From: a virus
Taxonomy: Duplodnaviria > Caudoviricetes
Direction: 5' to 3' (one strand)
Virus record (IMG/VR): IMGVR_UViG_3300025674_000014
DNA: 64,000 bases
A program made the translations under genes and the position numbers. This document shows positions 1 to 9,325 of the stretch, one piece after another (position 1 is the stretch's first letter; each line of letters begins with the position of its first letter). Under the pieces are notes generated by a model. It saw only the letters and a program-made list of their open reading frames with translations. It was not told the origin of the DNA and searched no databases.

Positions 1-585
1 ATCAAATACATAACCTACGAGGCTTTTATTGTTTCGTAGGTTTTCTGGTATATATGGTAACAAATTTTCGATCGAAAGGTTATCTAACAAGTCTCTGAAG
101 TTGCTAGCACTAAATGCTCCAGATTCATCACCAACCACATCGGCGACATCTATATTAACTGTTACACCGGCGGGTAAACCTTTTAATATACCTGAATATC
201 TAGCTTTATCATTTCCTTTACCACCAACACCAACTATAATTTGATCCCCTGGTAAAGCATCTTCTCTTACAAAGTCATAAACTTCACCTACTGCATTTTT
301 AGCTGTGGTTACATTAACACCTCTTAACCCCATTTCAGCAACATAACGTCTTAAAATATCAGCTGCTACATCAGCTGGTACATATTTACCACCCGGGGTA
401 TATCTTCTTGATTTAGGTGAAGGGTCGGTTACGATAACATTTACAATGCCATCTTGACCAACTTTATTTTTAAAGCTTTCAATTAACTTAAAATGACCAA
501 GGTGAGGTGGTTTAAATGAACCAGGAAAAAGAACTATCTTTCTACCTGTTTGCTCTTTGATGAAAAACCACTTAAATGCTGTCAT
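1..585 (-). CDS. HIGH-motif nucleotidyltransferase (cytidylyltransferase/NadD/CoaD-like), partial, runs off the window start
   Basis: Absent from the ORF track. Manual translation from ATG 585 gives MTAFKWFFIKEQTGRKIVLFPGSFKPPHLGH..., a (F/P)GSFxPxHxGH motif, and the frame stays open to base 1. TAAATA lies 6 nt upstream. Confidence 0.75.
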   Translation of the reverse strand, partial: MTAFKWFFIKEQTGRKIVLFPGSFKPPHLGHFKLIESFKNKVGQDGIVNVIVTDPSPKSRRYTPGGKYVPADVAADILRRYVAEMGLRGVNVTTAKNAVGEVYDFVREDALPGDQIIVGVGGKGNDKARYSGILKGLPAGVTVNIDVADVVGDESGAFSASNFRDLLDNLSIENLLPYIPENLRNNKSLVGYVFD

Positions 586-1867
586 TTTTATTATTTAATG
601 TTTTATACCATTCTATATAACATAGTTTAAAGTACTCTCTAAATTTTGTCAATAGATTTTCCATATAAGGTAACAAACAAACGTCTCCTTTATTATATGT
701 TGATGGATCTACATTACAAGCTTTTTCAAATATACTATAGTCTACTTTTATATCTAAATTATCAACAAAGTCTTTTATTTTATCTCCAAATAAAATATCA
801 AAAACAAAAAATTCAATATTATTAAATTTTTGAAGTAAAATAATGAAGAAATGGTATCTTATATTTTTTATTGTCTTGTCATAATCATTATGATCTAATT
901 CAAAATATCTTTCATACCCTTCCTCAACTTGTTTCTTAATTAACTCGTCATCTGCATTAGTAAAAATGTTATCTTGAACTTGTATAATTTGTCTACAACC
1001 AAACATATCAACATTGTTATGTTCAATAAGATAATTATTAGCTCTTGTTACTTTTATACTCGGTAACCCAACAACACCAAACTCGGCATCTCTAATAGTG
1101 TTAAATACCAAACCATCCATTGATATACCAATACCTTTTTCACCTAATACTAAATCAGTTAAACTTTCATTACCATAAACTACATTTTTATAATGCACTT
1201 TTGTACTATCTTTTATAGCTCCAGTTACATTGTTTCTAATACTTGTATATAAGTTACCGTACCATATTAATTTACCGGGTTCAAAATTTGTTTTAAGTCT
1301 TTGTTCCCAAAGTTCGTCTGGTGAAGTATCTTTTATACTATAAAGTTTATGGAATGATTCACACATGAACCCTTGTTTACAAAATCTAAAATTTTTAAAT
1401 CGAGTTTCATCTTCTTCTTTAGGTGGTGTGTTATAACCAATAGAATGATAACATATGTTTTTATAATCTAATTCATCAACATAGAACCAATCTGGTTTAT
1501 CATGTATTTCACCGTAATAGAAGTTTTGCTCTTTTTGAAGATAAACAATTAAACGATCATCATAGTAACCTAACTCTTTTATGTCGTTTTCTATTTTAAA
1601 CTTACATTGTTTATGGTAGTTATTAACTAAACATTCTGGTATAATTAAAATACCGGGTTTTTGTTCTAAAAGATCTTTTTTAAGTAAGTCCCAATCTATC
1701 TCTACTATTTTACCTCCAAGATCAGGTGATATGTAACCACCCATACTATTTTCCCATAAGAAAGGACCGTCTTCATTAAGGAAGTAAATAAGATCGTAAT
1801 TGAATATAGTACAATCTGGTATAGGAATATAATCACCTAAACGTTGGTGATATTTTAAGAAGGACAT
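572..1867 (-). CDS. Putative glycosyltransferase-like protein
   Basis: Track ORF is 572..1921. ATG 1867 (MSFLKY) is preferred because it follows the upstream stop and has TAAGTA 5 nt upstream. The segment GISMDGLVFNTIRDAEFGVVGLPSI resembles a GT-B C-terminal donor-binding motif; the call is weak. Confidence 0.35.
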   Translation of the reverse strand: MSFLKYHQRLGDYIPIPDCTIFNYDLIYFLNEDGPFLWENSMGGYISPDLGGKIVEIDWDLLKKDLLEQKPGILIIPECLVNNYHKQCKFKIENDIKELGYYDDRLIVYLQKEQNFYYGEIHDKPDWFYVDELDYKNICYHSIGYNTPPKEEDETRFKNFRFCKQGFMCESFHKLYSIKDTSPDELWEQRLKTNFEPGKLIWYGNLYTSIRNNVTGAIKDSTKVHYKNVVYGNESLTDLVLGEKGIGISMDGLVFNTIRDAEFGVVGLPSIKVTRANNYLIEHNNVDMFGCRQIIQVQDNIFTNADDELIKKQVEEGYERYFELDHNDYDKTIKNIRYHFFIILLQKFNNIEFFVFDILFGDKIKDFVDNLDIKVDYSIFEKACNVDPSTYNKGDVCLLPYMENLLTKFREYFKLCYIEWYKTLNNKNDSI

Positions 1868-1871
1868 AAAG

Positions 1872-3188
1872 TTACTTAACTGATTTGGCTTTAAATCCAG
1901 AACCACCTGGGTCCTTTTCACTTCTAGGGTTGGTAAAATATGATGAAAAACTCATACCACCGTTACCGAAGTTAGCAGCAGGAGCAGATTGATCTTCTTC
2001 ATCAGAAACTTTAGGTCTATTAGAAGCTAATTTACCACCCATACCACTAAGAATAAAATCGCCGGTGATTTTAATAGAATTAGGATTACCTAACTCATCT
2101 TTACCGTATACGGTATCGGTTAAAACTATACCTTCATGTTTGTCGGCATCACCATAATTATCAGTTTTATAATTTCGTAAAATTTCTTGACCTAATTCCT
2201 TAGTAATATGATAAGTTAAAGCCCCTGCAACTGCAGTATTAATATCTTCTTTTTTAAATACACTATCTAAAGGTGTACCATTAAGTACGGTAAGATAAAC
2301 ATCTTTACTGACAGCACCTCTATCTTTACCGTCTAAAGTTTTAACTCTAATTTTTTTAGGTATACCTTCCCCAACTTCTTTAATCCAAGTTTTAAGAGGT
2401 TTGATTACTCTTTCATTATTATCAAACTGTACTGTAAATGGTTTGTTTAAAACACTATCAAAATTAGGTACACCTTTTTTAGTAACATATATACCGGTAA
2501 TAACTTCAAACCCATACTGATTAGCTATTTTATTAACCTTTTCTCTTAAACTATTTAAAGCTTCATTATCATAGTTAATAACTCTAGATGTTTCCTTTAC
2601 ATTAGGTTTAGGTTTTAAACCAGGTCTTGTTAATTCACCTTTTCTATTTCGTTTTTCAACAAACTGATTAACGCTATGAAAAGCTATTATCTTTTTATCG
2701 CCATAATCTATAACATTTTCTTGACCGTCAATGTATTCGGTGTTTAAAAATTTTGTTGGGTCATTCCACATACCTAATTTTTCTAAATCATTTTTAATAA
2801 GTGGAATTGATTTATCCATAATAGTAAGAATTGTTTTACCTTTATCGATTAATCCATGACCCTCAGGAAAACGAGATGTAAGTCCATCTAATGTAATACC
2901 ATGTACATCTTCTACTTTTTGAGAACCTCTATCTAAAGCAAATTGTCTTTTAAATGTTTCATTACGTTCATCATTAACAACCTTTAAACTTAAATTAACA
3001 CCATCCAGTTTAACCGTAGCTGTACCTTTGTTAAGAATATCAACGCTGTTATATAACACATCTACTAAATCATCGACAGTGTTTACTTCAGGTAAGTCAA
3101 AAGGGTGATACATATGACCAGCAGCACCGCCTTCATTAAGAACGGTGTTGTTGTATGCTTCAAAAATTAGTTCTTGTTCAAATTTCAT
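1872..3188 (-). CDS. ATP-dependent RNA/DNA ligase-fold nucleotidyltransferase-like protein
   Basis: Motif I-like TVKLDGVN, motif III-like NTEYI, motif IV-like HEGIVL and motif V-like SIKIT. N-terminal GGAAGHMxHPFD is a signature I recognise from T4-like phage hypothetical proteins. Confidence 0.55.
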   Translation of the reverse strand: MKFEQELIFEAYNNTVLNEGGAAGHMYHPFDLPEVNTVDDLVDVLYNSVDILNKGTATVKLDGVNLSLKVVNDERNETFKRQFALDRGSQKVEDVHGITLDGLTSRFPEGHGLIDKGKTILTIMDKSIPLIKNDLEKLGMWNDPTKFLNTEYIDGQENVIDYGDKKIIAFHSVNQFVEKRNRKGELTRPGLKPKPNVKETSRVINYDNEALNSLREKVNKIANQYGFEVITGIYVTKKGVPNFDSVLNKPFTVQFDNNERVIKPLKTWIKEVGEGIPKKIRVKTLDGKDRGAVSKDVYLTVLNGTPLDSVFKKEDINTAVAGALTYHITKELGQEILRNYKTDNYGDADKHEGIVLTDTVYGKDELGNPNSIKITGDFILSGMGGKLASNRPKVSDEEDQSAPAANFGNGGMSFSSYFTNPRSEKDPGGSGFKAKSVK

Positions 3189-4774
3189 GATTTTAATGTA
3201 ATACTAGTACCATGGTGTCTTTTTATATCCATACCCATGTCTACATTTAAAATTCCCTTATTAATATAATCTAAAATTTTGTTAAAAGAGTTAACAAATA
3301 TTTCTTTTTTACCTTCCCCGTCAAATGAAAATACCAAAGCATCTAATTTATTATTACAAAAAAGTAAATAATTGAATTTTTCATGAGCATGATATTGACA
3401 AATTTGTAAAGAAGCTATTATAGCTTCCAAAATATTTTTATTTTTATGTCTTTGCATTTCATCTAATAATTCAGGTGTTAATATTTCATTTAAACCTTCT
3501 TTATAAGATTTTCTCTCTAAAACTGTTTCACTTTCACTACTTAGTTGTAAAAATGCATCAACAATGTGTTTTTTATCTAAATTCCAATCATGAAGAAAAA
3601 ATGCAGGCACTACATGATTAGTAGTGTCATTTCTGTCAATTTTTAATTTATTTTTTTTGGCTCTAAGAAATGATTGTACGCTACTTATAAAATTATTTTT
3701 TTTATTATTAACTTGTTTAGTTGTTTCTTTATTTAATTTATCAATTAAAGCAGGGATTTGTTCGTGTTCTATCTCGTCTTGTTTACCAAAAAGTAAATTG
3801 TTAAAAGATATTTCAAAATCATCATAATTAAATTCTTTATCATTTACTACTAAATTATGTAAATTTTTTACAAGATCGTATAACTCGTTTAACTTGTTTG
3901 AATAAAAATTAAATTCATTCTGATTTTTAGATTTTTTTTCTATATTATTTTTAGGTTGAATGTAATTTAATAAATCATTTCTTGATTTTACTAACTCTTG
4001 ATATTTTTCTCTAACTTCATGTGCAGTATGTACATTATTATTAGTTTTAGATAAAAGTTTTTGAATATATTCAATTACTTCTGCAGGCTTACCGGTTGCT
4101 CCAGCTCTACCTTTTTCACCTTTTACCTCAATAGTACCAAATCCAGGTACAAAAACATCACCTTTTTGACCTTTGTTTTTCAATGATTGTACTGCATCAG
4201 AAAAAAATGTAAAACAAATTTCGCCTTTACCTACCCCTACACCACTTACCGCTCCTTCTACATCATAAACAGCTTTTATAGTTTCTTTAACATTGGAAAA
4301 TGTATCATTAACTAATTTAGTACTAAAAGAATCATAAAGACTAAAAATATCACCACTACTAGCAGAAGATTGTAAATCTGAAGAAAATTTTGTAAGTTTA
4401 TTTTTGTTATCTTTTATTAATTTAAGACTAAAATTATTAACATCTGACGTATCTTCAATAGCATTAACGACAGGAATTAATATTTTTGAATTATAAGATG
4501 TATTTTCACCCTTTTTATTATTTGAACTCTTCCAACCACCTTCTTGTAAAATTTCATCAATGTAACGAAATGATCCACCGGATCTATTAGCAACCTGTCT
4601 TTGTAATTTTTTAGCTTCTTCATCAGGTAAATACCCAACTATTTTTTGTTCACCGTCATCTGTTTTAAAAATAATTTGAGTATCTTCACCTATTACTCTT
4701 TGTCTTTGTAATTTGGGTATCTTTTTAAAAGCGTTATCGCCGTATATATCTGCTAATGATCTATATTTGCTCAT
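3185..4774 (-). CDS. Large protein with a putative PD-(D/E)xK nuclease-like domain
   Basis: GVGKGE...KGDVFVPGFGTIEVKGEKGR fits an E...D...ExK arrangement. Confidence 0.45.
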   Translation of the reverse strand: MSKYRSLADIYGDNAFKKIPKLQRQRVIGEDTQIIFKTDDGEQKIVGYLPDEEAKKLQRQVANRSGGSFRYIDEILQEGGWKSSNNKKGENTSYNSKILIPVVNAIEDTSDVNNFSLKLIKDNKNKLTKFSSDLQSSASSGDIFSLYDSFSTKLVNDTFSNVKETIKAVYDVEGAVSGVGVGKGEICFTFFSDAVQSLKNKGQKGDVFVPGFGTIEVKGEKGRAGATGKPAEVIEYIQKLLSKTNNNVHTAHEVREKYQELVKSRNDLLNYIQPKNNIEKKSKNQNEFNFYSNKLNELYDLVKNLHNLVVNDKEFNYDDFEISFNNLLFGKQDEIEHEQIPALIDKLNKETTKQVNNKKNNFISSVQSFLRAKKNKLKIDRNDTTNHVVPAFFLHDWNLDKKHIVDAFLQLSSESETVLERKSYKEGLNEILTPELLDEMQRHKNKNILEAIIASLQICQYHAHEKFNYLLFCNNKLDALVFSFDGEGKKEIFVNSFNKILDYINKGILNVDMGMDIKRHHGTSITLKS

Positions 4775-4775
4775 A

Positions 4776-5141
4776 TTAATAATCTATATCAGGGTCGTCT
4801 GAATAAGAATTTATAAACTGTTTAAGTTTAGACAATATTTCACGACCATTTTCTTCATTAATTTCTTCATCTAAGATGGAAGGAGGAATTGTACCTTCGG
4901 TTGGTTCTAAAACTAATGCTTTACGAATAAGTCTGATCAATTCAACTTCACCTTCAGGTGTTAACTGCTTTACTTCGGGTTCTGGTTCGGTAATTGTTTC
5001 AGACTGTTGAGCAACCATTTCCTGCCCTGGCTGAGCAGGAGGTACAGACATTTGAGCGGTTGGATCAACAGGCTGTTCTTCAAGCATTTTATACTTGTTA
5101 CCAATTAAACTAAAAAATTTGCTGTGCGTTTTTATTTTCAT
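4776..5141 (-). CDS. Hypothetical late protein, possibly head-internal
   Basis: 121 aa ORF coupled to the upstream gene by an ATGA overlap. N-terminus reads F..L...MLEE, followed by a P/Q/E-rich linker. Confidence 0.6.
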   Translation of the reverse strand: MKIKTHSKFFSLIGNKYKMLEEQPVDPTAQMSVPPAQPGQEMVAQQSETITEPEPEVKQLTPEGEVELIRLIRKALVLEPTEGTIPPSILDEEINEENGREILSKLKQFINSYSDDPDIDY

Positions 5142-5641
5142 TGTAATTGAGCTTTAATTTGTTTATTCATATCTGAATATTTTTTAGCAGCAAGCCCTAC
5201 TAACCTATCTCTTTCTTTAACTGCTGCAGCCGCGGCACCTCTACTACCAGCACCTACACCAAGAAAAGCACCTGCTTTTTGTAATTTATTAGCTTTTTCA
5301 GCAGCCCTTTCAACATGATCATCTAAATCATAGTTGGATGTGTTAGCTTTTATTTTTGGATCTATACTACCTTTACCGGTAGGGTCAGACATAGAAATTT
5401 CATCTTCAGGAAATTCTTCTTTCTTGGGAGCAAGTAAACTATCTACTTTAAAAATTAATTTGTTAATAGCTTTAAATAGTTCTGGGTTATCTCTATGCTT
5501 TTCTACAGCAATTTTAACTACGTCATCATCATTAATTAAATCTCTGATAGATTCTAAAACATCTCTACCAATAGAAATTTGATCTTCGTCTTCTGAGACA
5601 TAGTTTTCAAACCCTTCTTTAATGGCTTGGTCGAACTTCAT
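5138..5641 (-). CDS. Hypothetical late protein, possibly head-internal
   Basis: 167 aa ORF starting MKFDQAIKEGFE, with TAAATA 5 nt upstream. Confidence 0.65.
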   Translation of the reverse strand: MKFDQAIKEGFENYVSEDEDQISIGRDVLESIRDLINDDDVVKIAVEKHRDNPELFKAINKLIFKVDSLLAPKKEEFPEDEISMSDPTGKGSIDPKIKANTSNYDLDDHVERAAEKANKLQKAGAFLGVGAGSRGAAAAAVKERDRLVGLAAKKYSDMNKQIKAQLQ

Positions 5642-5649
5642 ATCTATAT

Positions 5650-6210
5650 TTATTTAAAAGCAATCTGTTTAGTTTTTATATTGTTAAAATATTCCCCAGA
5701 TAAAAAGTTAAGTTCATTTACCTTTGCAAACTTTTTTACCTTTTCAAAAGTAAAATTTTCTACTTTAAACTTATTAACTGTATCTACTATTCTAATTAAC
5801 GTGCCTCTAGCTCTACCATCATCTATAGTTAACAAATGACTGAAGAACTCTAAACTCTTACTCGAAATAACAACTTTAATAGGTAAAATAGTCCTTATCC
5901 TTAACAACATCTTAGTTACTAATTTCAAATATACGGATTCATCTATATATTTCAACACTTCACTATCGTAAAATTGTGTATTATTAAAGTAAAGTAGTAA
6001 TTTATTAGTGGTTTTATAAGAATTTAAATAGTCTACCGTTTCTTTAATTGTAAAATGAAGTATTAATTTTCTACAATCCTTAGATAAATCGTAAAGTGAG
6101 TCAAGTAACTGAAGATTATGGAGTTCATCTATTAACCGCTGCTCAAAAGACAAATGTATCTGTTGATAATCAATTAATGTAACATTATACTCTGGCAGAT
6201 CTAATCTCAC
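5650..6210 (-). CDS. Hypothetical protein
   Basis: 186 aa ORF with a GTG start; no motif recognised. Confidence 0.55.
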   Translation of the reverse strand: MRLDLPEYNVTLIDYQQIHLSFEQRLIDELHNLQLLDSLYDLSKDCRKLILHFTIKETVDYLNSYKTTNKLLLYFNNTQFYDSEVLKYIDESVYLKLVTKMLLRIRTILPIKVVISSKSLEFFSHLLTIDDGRARGTLIRIVDTVNKFKVENFTFEKVKKFAKVNELNFLSGEYFNNIKTKQIAFK

Positions 6211-6240
6211 AATGTGATTTTAACGTGTCTGCAGACTAGT

Positions 6241-6657
6241 TCAACTCTTTTTTATCTTACCTAGTCTTAAGTTAATTATTCCGTTGTAGAATTTATCCTC
6301 GTTTAACAGTACGTCGTTATCAAACTGTAACTTTGCTTCATAATATGCTAATTCAGATTTAGAATTACAGAATCTAACTATTTCGAACATAAACTTATCT
6401 TTACCGTACTCAATTAGATCGTGATTAACCTTATCAGATGAAGATGTGTATGTTTTCCAATCTGTTTCTTTAACTACATGTCTTCGGCGTGATTTACCTT
6501 TAAGAGGAGGAAGTTTTGCTATTTTTTGAGCCTGTTTTTTACCGATATATTTTTTACCAGTAACAGTATTGGTTATAATGTAGATAAAGCCGAAAAAGTT
6601 TTCAGGTATATCTTCTTTTTTACCATTATAAGTCCAATGCCCTAAATTATCAACCAT
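6241..6657 (-). CDS. denA: GIY-YIG endonuclease, T4 endonuclease II (DenA)-like
   Basis: GFIYIITN...KKYIGKK and DWKTYTSSS, plus a C-terminal FYNGII. Start ATG 6657 (MVDNLG) is preferred over track start 6708. Confidence 0.65.
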   Translation of the reverse strand: MVDNLGHWTYNGKKEDIPENFFGFIYIITNTVTGKKYIGKKQAQKIAKLPPLKGKSRRRHVVKETDWKTYTSSSDKVNHDLIEYGKDKFMFEIVRFCNSKSELAYYEAKLQFDNDVLLNEDKFYNGIINLRLGKIKKS

Positions 6658-6859
6658 TTTTCTTCTTTTTCTTTTTACGCTTCTTTTTAGTATTACGTCG
6701 TTGAACACTTCCTAATACTTTAGGCATTCTATAATCACCTGGAGCGTAATTATCACCAGAAAATTGGGACGATGTCCATGTACCTAAAGCCCCACCGGGT
6801 CCAGCTACATTACCATCTTCGTCAAGCAACTTTAAAAATATGTTTTTAAACGTTGACAT
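6650..6859 (-). CDS. Small late protein with a basic C-terminus
   Basis: Starts MSTFKNIFLKLLDED and ends in a poly-Lys tail. An exact TATAAATA lies 6 nt upstream. Confidence 0.65.
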   Translation of the reverse strand: MSTFKNIFLKLLDEDGNVAGPGGALGTWTSSQFSGDNYAPGDYRMPKVLGSVQRRNTKKKRKKKKKKNG

Positions 6860-6880
6860 TAATAGTATTTATAGCATAAT
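6853..6880 (+). promoter_or_regulatory. Sigma70-like early promoter overlapping a divergent late promoter
   Basis: TTGACA 6853-58, 16 nt spacer, CATAAT 6875-80, ATG at 6889. A minus-strand TATAAATA (6866-73) sits inside the spacer. Confidence 0.6.
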
Positions 6881-6888
6881 CTATTTAG

Positions 6889-7287
6889 ATGTCTGAATTA
6901 ATAGATCAATATAATAATGAACTCAAAGAACATTTAGTGTTAGATGAGTTTAACATTAAAGATGCTCAAATGAAGTTACCAGGACGTAAACATCTTTGGG
7001 TTGGTCGTTTGATGAGACATAAACAGGAACTTAATAATTTAAAAACTAAAAAGAGTAAACTTATACAAAAGATAACTAAATCTATTCAAGAAAGTAGTGC
7101 TGTTAGATTATCAGTACCAGCTGCTGAAAAGGTAGCATGGAATACAGAACCAATTAAAGAACTTTCCTCACAAATTGGTGAACAAGAACTTATAATTGAG
7201 TTTTTAGAAAAGATTGAAAAAATATTTAGCGGTATGAGTTATGATATAAAAAATATTATTGAGATTCAAAAACTCGAAACAATGTAA
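6889..7287 (+). CDS. uvsY: UvsY-like recombination mediator
   Basis: 132 aa helical protein ending ...IFSGMSYDIKNIIEIQKLE, a UvsY-like C-terminus, and located near uvsW. Confidence 0.65.
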   Translation: MSELIDQYNNELKEHLVLDEFNIKDAQMKLPGRKHLWVGRLMRHKQELNNLKTKKSKLIQKITKSIQESSAVRLSVPAAEKVAWNTEPIKELSSQIGEQELIIEFLEKIEKIFSGMSYDIKNIIEIQKLETM

Positions 7288-7817
7288 TGAATAAACCTAA
7301 ACTAATTTTGTTTGATGTAGATGGTGTGTTAACAGACGGTAAAGCTACTTATGATAGTGTGAGTTATGTTGGATATAAACAATATAACTATAAAGATATA
7401 ACTGCATTAAGACGGTTTAAAAAGGAACTAGATATTGATGTTGCTCTTTTTACAGGCAGTAAGGAAATAAATCAAGCTTATGCTAAAAGTAAAAAGGTGA
7501 AATGTTATTATGTTAACCCTAATATAACTAACAAAGTAGAAAAACTAATTCACATTTGTAATTTAGATAGCATTAAACCTTCTCAAGTTGGTTATGTTGG
7601 TGATGATTACCAAGATTATGAAATTATGAAAGCAGTTGGGTTTAAATACTGTCCGTGTGATGCAATTTACGACATTAGAAATATTAAAGATGTAAATGTA
7701 TTACCTATACGTGGCGGTGAAGGTGTAGCTGACTGCGTTTTTTCAACAATTAAATACAAATTAAAGGATGATGAATATTGTAATTCCAATGGCAGGAAAA
7801 AGTTCTTCTTTTTCTAA
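7287..7817 (+). CDS. HAD phosphatase, KdsC/YrbI-like
   Basis: LFDVDGVLTDG, YVGDDYQD, CPCDA and GGEGV motifs. Confidence 0.8.
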   Translation: MNKPKLILFDVDGVLTDGKATYDSVSYVGYKQYNYKDITALRRFKKELDIDVALFTGSKEINQAYAKSKKVKCYYVNPNITNKVEKLIHICNLDSIKPSQVGYVGDDYQDYEIMKAVGFKYCPCDAIYDIRNIKDVNVLPIRGGEGVADCVFSTIKYKLKDDEYCNSNGRKKFFFF

Positions 7818-8496
7818 TGAAGGTATAGAAACCCCAAAACCTTTTATTGATATAAAAGGCAAAACAATGGTTCAGCGTGCTTATGAATCATTAAACTTAG
7901 ATCATGTTGCAAATAATGTTTATTTCATAGCATTGGAAGAACATAAAGATGAATATGATGTAGATAACGTTATAAAAAGTTTTTGTGAAAAGGCTAAAGT
8001 AGTTTACTTACCTAAAGTTACTTCTGGGCCTGCTGAAACACTTTATCAATTAAAAGGTATTATTCCTGATGATGAACCAATGTTACAAACTAATGTTGAT
8101 CAGATACTTGATTGGGATAGTAACAGGTTTGTTGAGTTTGTTAAAAATGATGAGTATGATGCAGTGTTAGTCACCATTAATGTAGTTGATCCACATTACA
8201 GTTATGCAAGATATAACCATAAACGCGAAGCTATTGACGTTATGGAAAAAACTATCATATCAAATGAAGGGTTAATTGGTACTCATTACTGGAAAAAAGC
8301 TAGTGATTATTTTAGATCGTTTGAAAAAGCAAAAGAACAAGGTTTAACTTATAATGATGAAATATATGTATCATTAACTTTTAATCCTCTTATTGAAGAA
8401 GGTAAAATTGTAAAAGACTTTAAACTTAAACAATCTGAAAAACAAAACGTAGTAGGTGATGTACCTAGTTTAAGCCTTTATGAAGACAGACTCTGA
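7768..8496 (+). CDS. Sugar-phosphate nucleotidyltransferase (NTP_transferase/GT-A fold)
   Basis: NIVIPMAG, PKPFIDIKGKTMV, TSGPAET and NVDQ motifs. Confidence 0.7.
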   Translation: MMNIVIPMAGKSSSFSNEGIETPKPFIDIKGKTMVQRAYESLNLDHVANNVYFIALEEHKDEYDVDNVIKSFCEKAKVVYLPKVTSGPAETLYQLKGIIPDDEPMLQTNVDQILDWDSNRFVEFVKNDEYDAVLVTINVVDPHYSYARYNHKREAIDVMEKTIISNEGLIGTHYWKKASDYFRSFEKAKEQGLTYNDEIYVSLTFNPLIEEGKIVKDFKLKQSEKQNVVGDVPSLSLYEDRL

Positions 8497-9289
8497 TTTA
8501 ACCATTTTAGTTTTATCATCAGACCACTATCAACCTATTATCAAGGTGTGGGAAAAGTATTTTGTTAAACATTGGTCTGATTGCCCTTATAAAGTTGTTT
8601 CTGTTTGTAACTTTGATCACTATGATAGTGAGGTTATTAACTTTGAAACTACTAACATTAAACCACAACCTGATGCATCTCATTTTAAAGGTATGCTTCT
8701 TCATGCTTTAGACAAAATAGATACCAAATATATTTTGTACATGTGTGAAGATCAAATACTAGTTAGAGATGCAGTGACTGATAATTTTACACAAGCTATT
8801 AGTTATATGGACAAAAACGATATAACTAAAATTAGATGTTTATCAATGCCTGAACCTGATACTGATTTAGATATTGAAGAAGGTATCATTAATAATGAAA
8901 ATTTTGGTTTTATCTCACTTGATAATGAGTATAGAAATTCACTTCAAGCTGCTATCTGGAATAAAGAACGTTTTGTTGAGTTGCTTAAAACACGAGAAGA
9001 TGTATATTCTGGGTGGGTGCTTGAAACAGATGAAAACTTCAGAGAGTATTCTAAGAAATGGAAATATGTTGCATGTAAACACGGTAAAGGTGGTACATTT
9101 TTAGATAGGTATCCTGGTCAAGGTGATTCACCTTTGCTTAATTACGTGGAGTTAGTAAGGTGGGGTAAATTTGATAGGTTATATATTGAATATTTTCGCG
9201 ACATATTTAAAAAAGACAATTTCACCGTCGATGTTTCCGAATATGATAAATTCGGTGCAGGATTAACACCAGAAGAATTACCTCAGTAG
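8480..9289 (+). CDS. Putative GT-A glycosyltransferase
   Basis: TILVLSSDHY..., YILYMCEDQ (DxD-like) and SLQAAIWNK. Confidence 0.5.
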   Translation: MKTDSDLTILVLSSDHYQPIIKVWEKYFVKHWSDCPYKVVSVCNFDHYDSEVINFETTNIKPQPDASHFKGMLLHALDKIDTKYILYMCEDQILVRDAVTDNFTQAISYMDKNDITKIRCLSMPEPDTDLDIEEGIINNENFGFISLDNEYRNSLQAAIWNKERFVELLKTREDVYSGWVLETDENFREYSKKWKYVACKHGKGGTFLDRYPGQGDSPLLNYVELVRWGKFDRLYIEYFRDIFKKDNFTVDVSEYDKFGAGLTPEELPQ

Positions 9290-9290
9290 C

Positions 9291-9318
9291 TTGACTGTTT
9301 AAGTATATATATTATTAT
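9291..9318 (+). promoter_or_regulatory. Sigma70-like promoter, leaderless geometry
   Basis: TTGACT-N16-TATTAT, with ATG 7 nt downstream. Confidence 0.6.
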
Positions 9319-9325
9319 ATCTTAA

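Noticed and set aside
6227-6236. Perfect palindrome GTCTGCAGAC
   Set aside because: A single 10-bp occurrence with no second copy noticed; compatible with chance.
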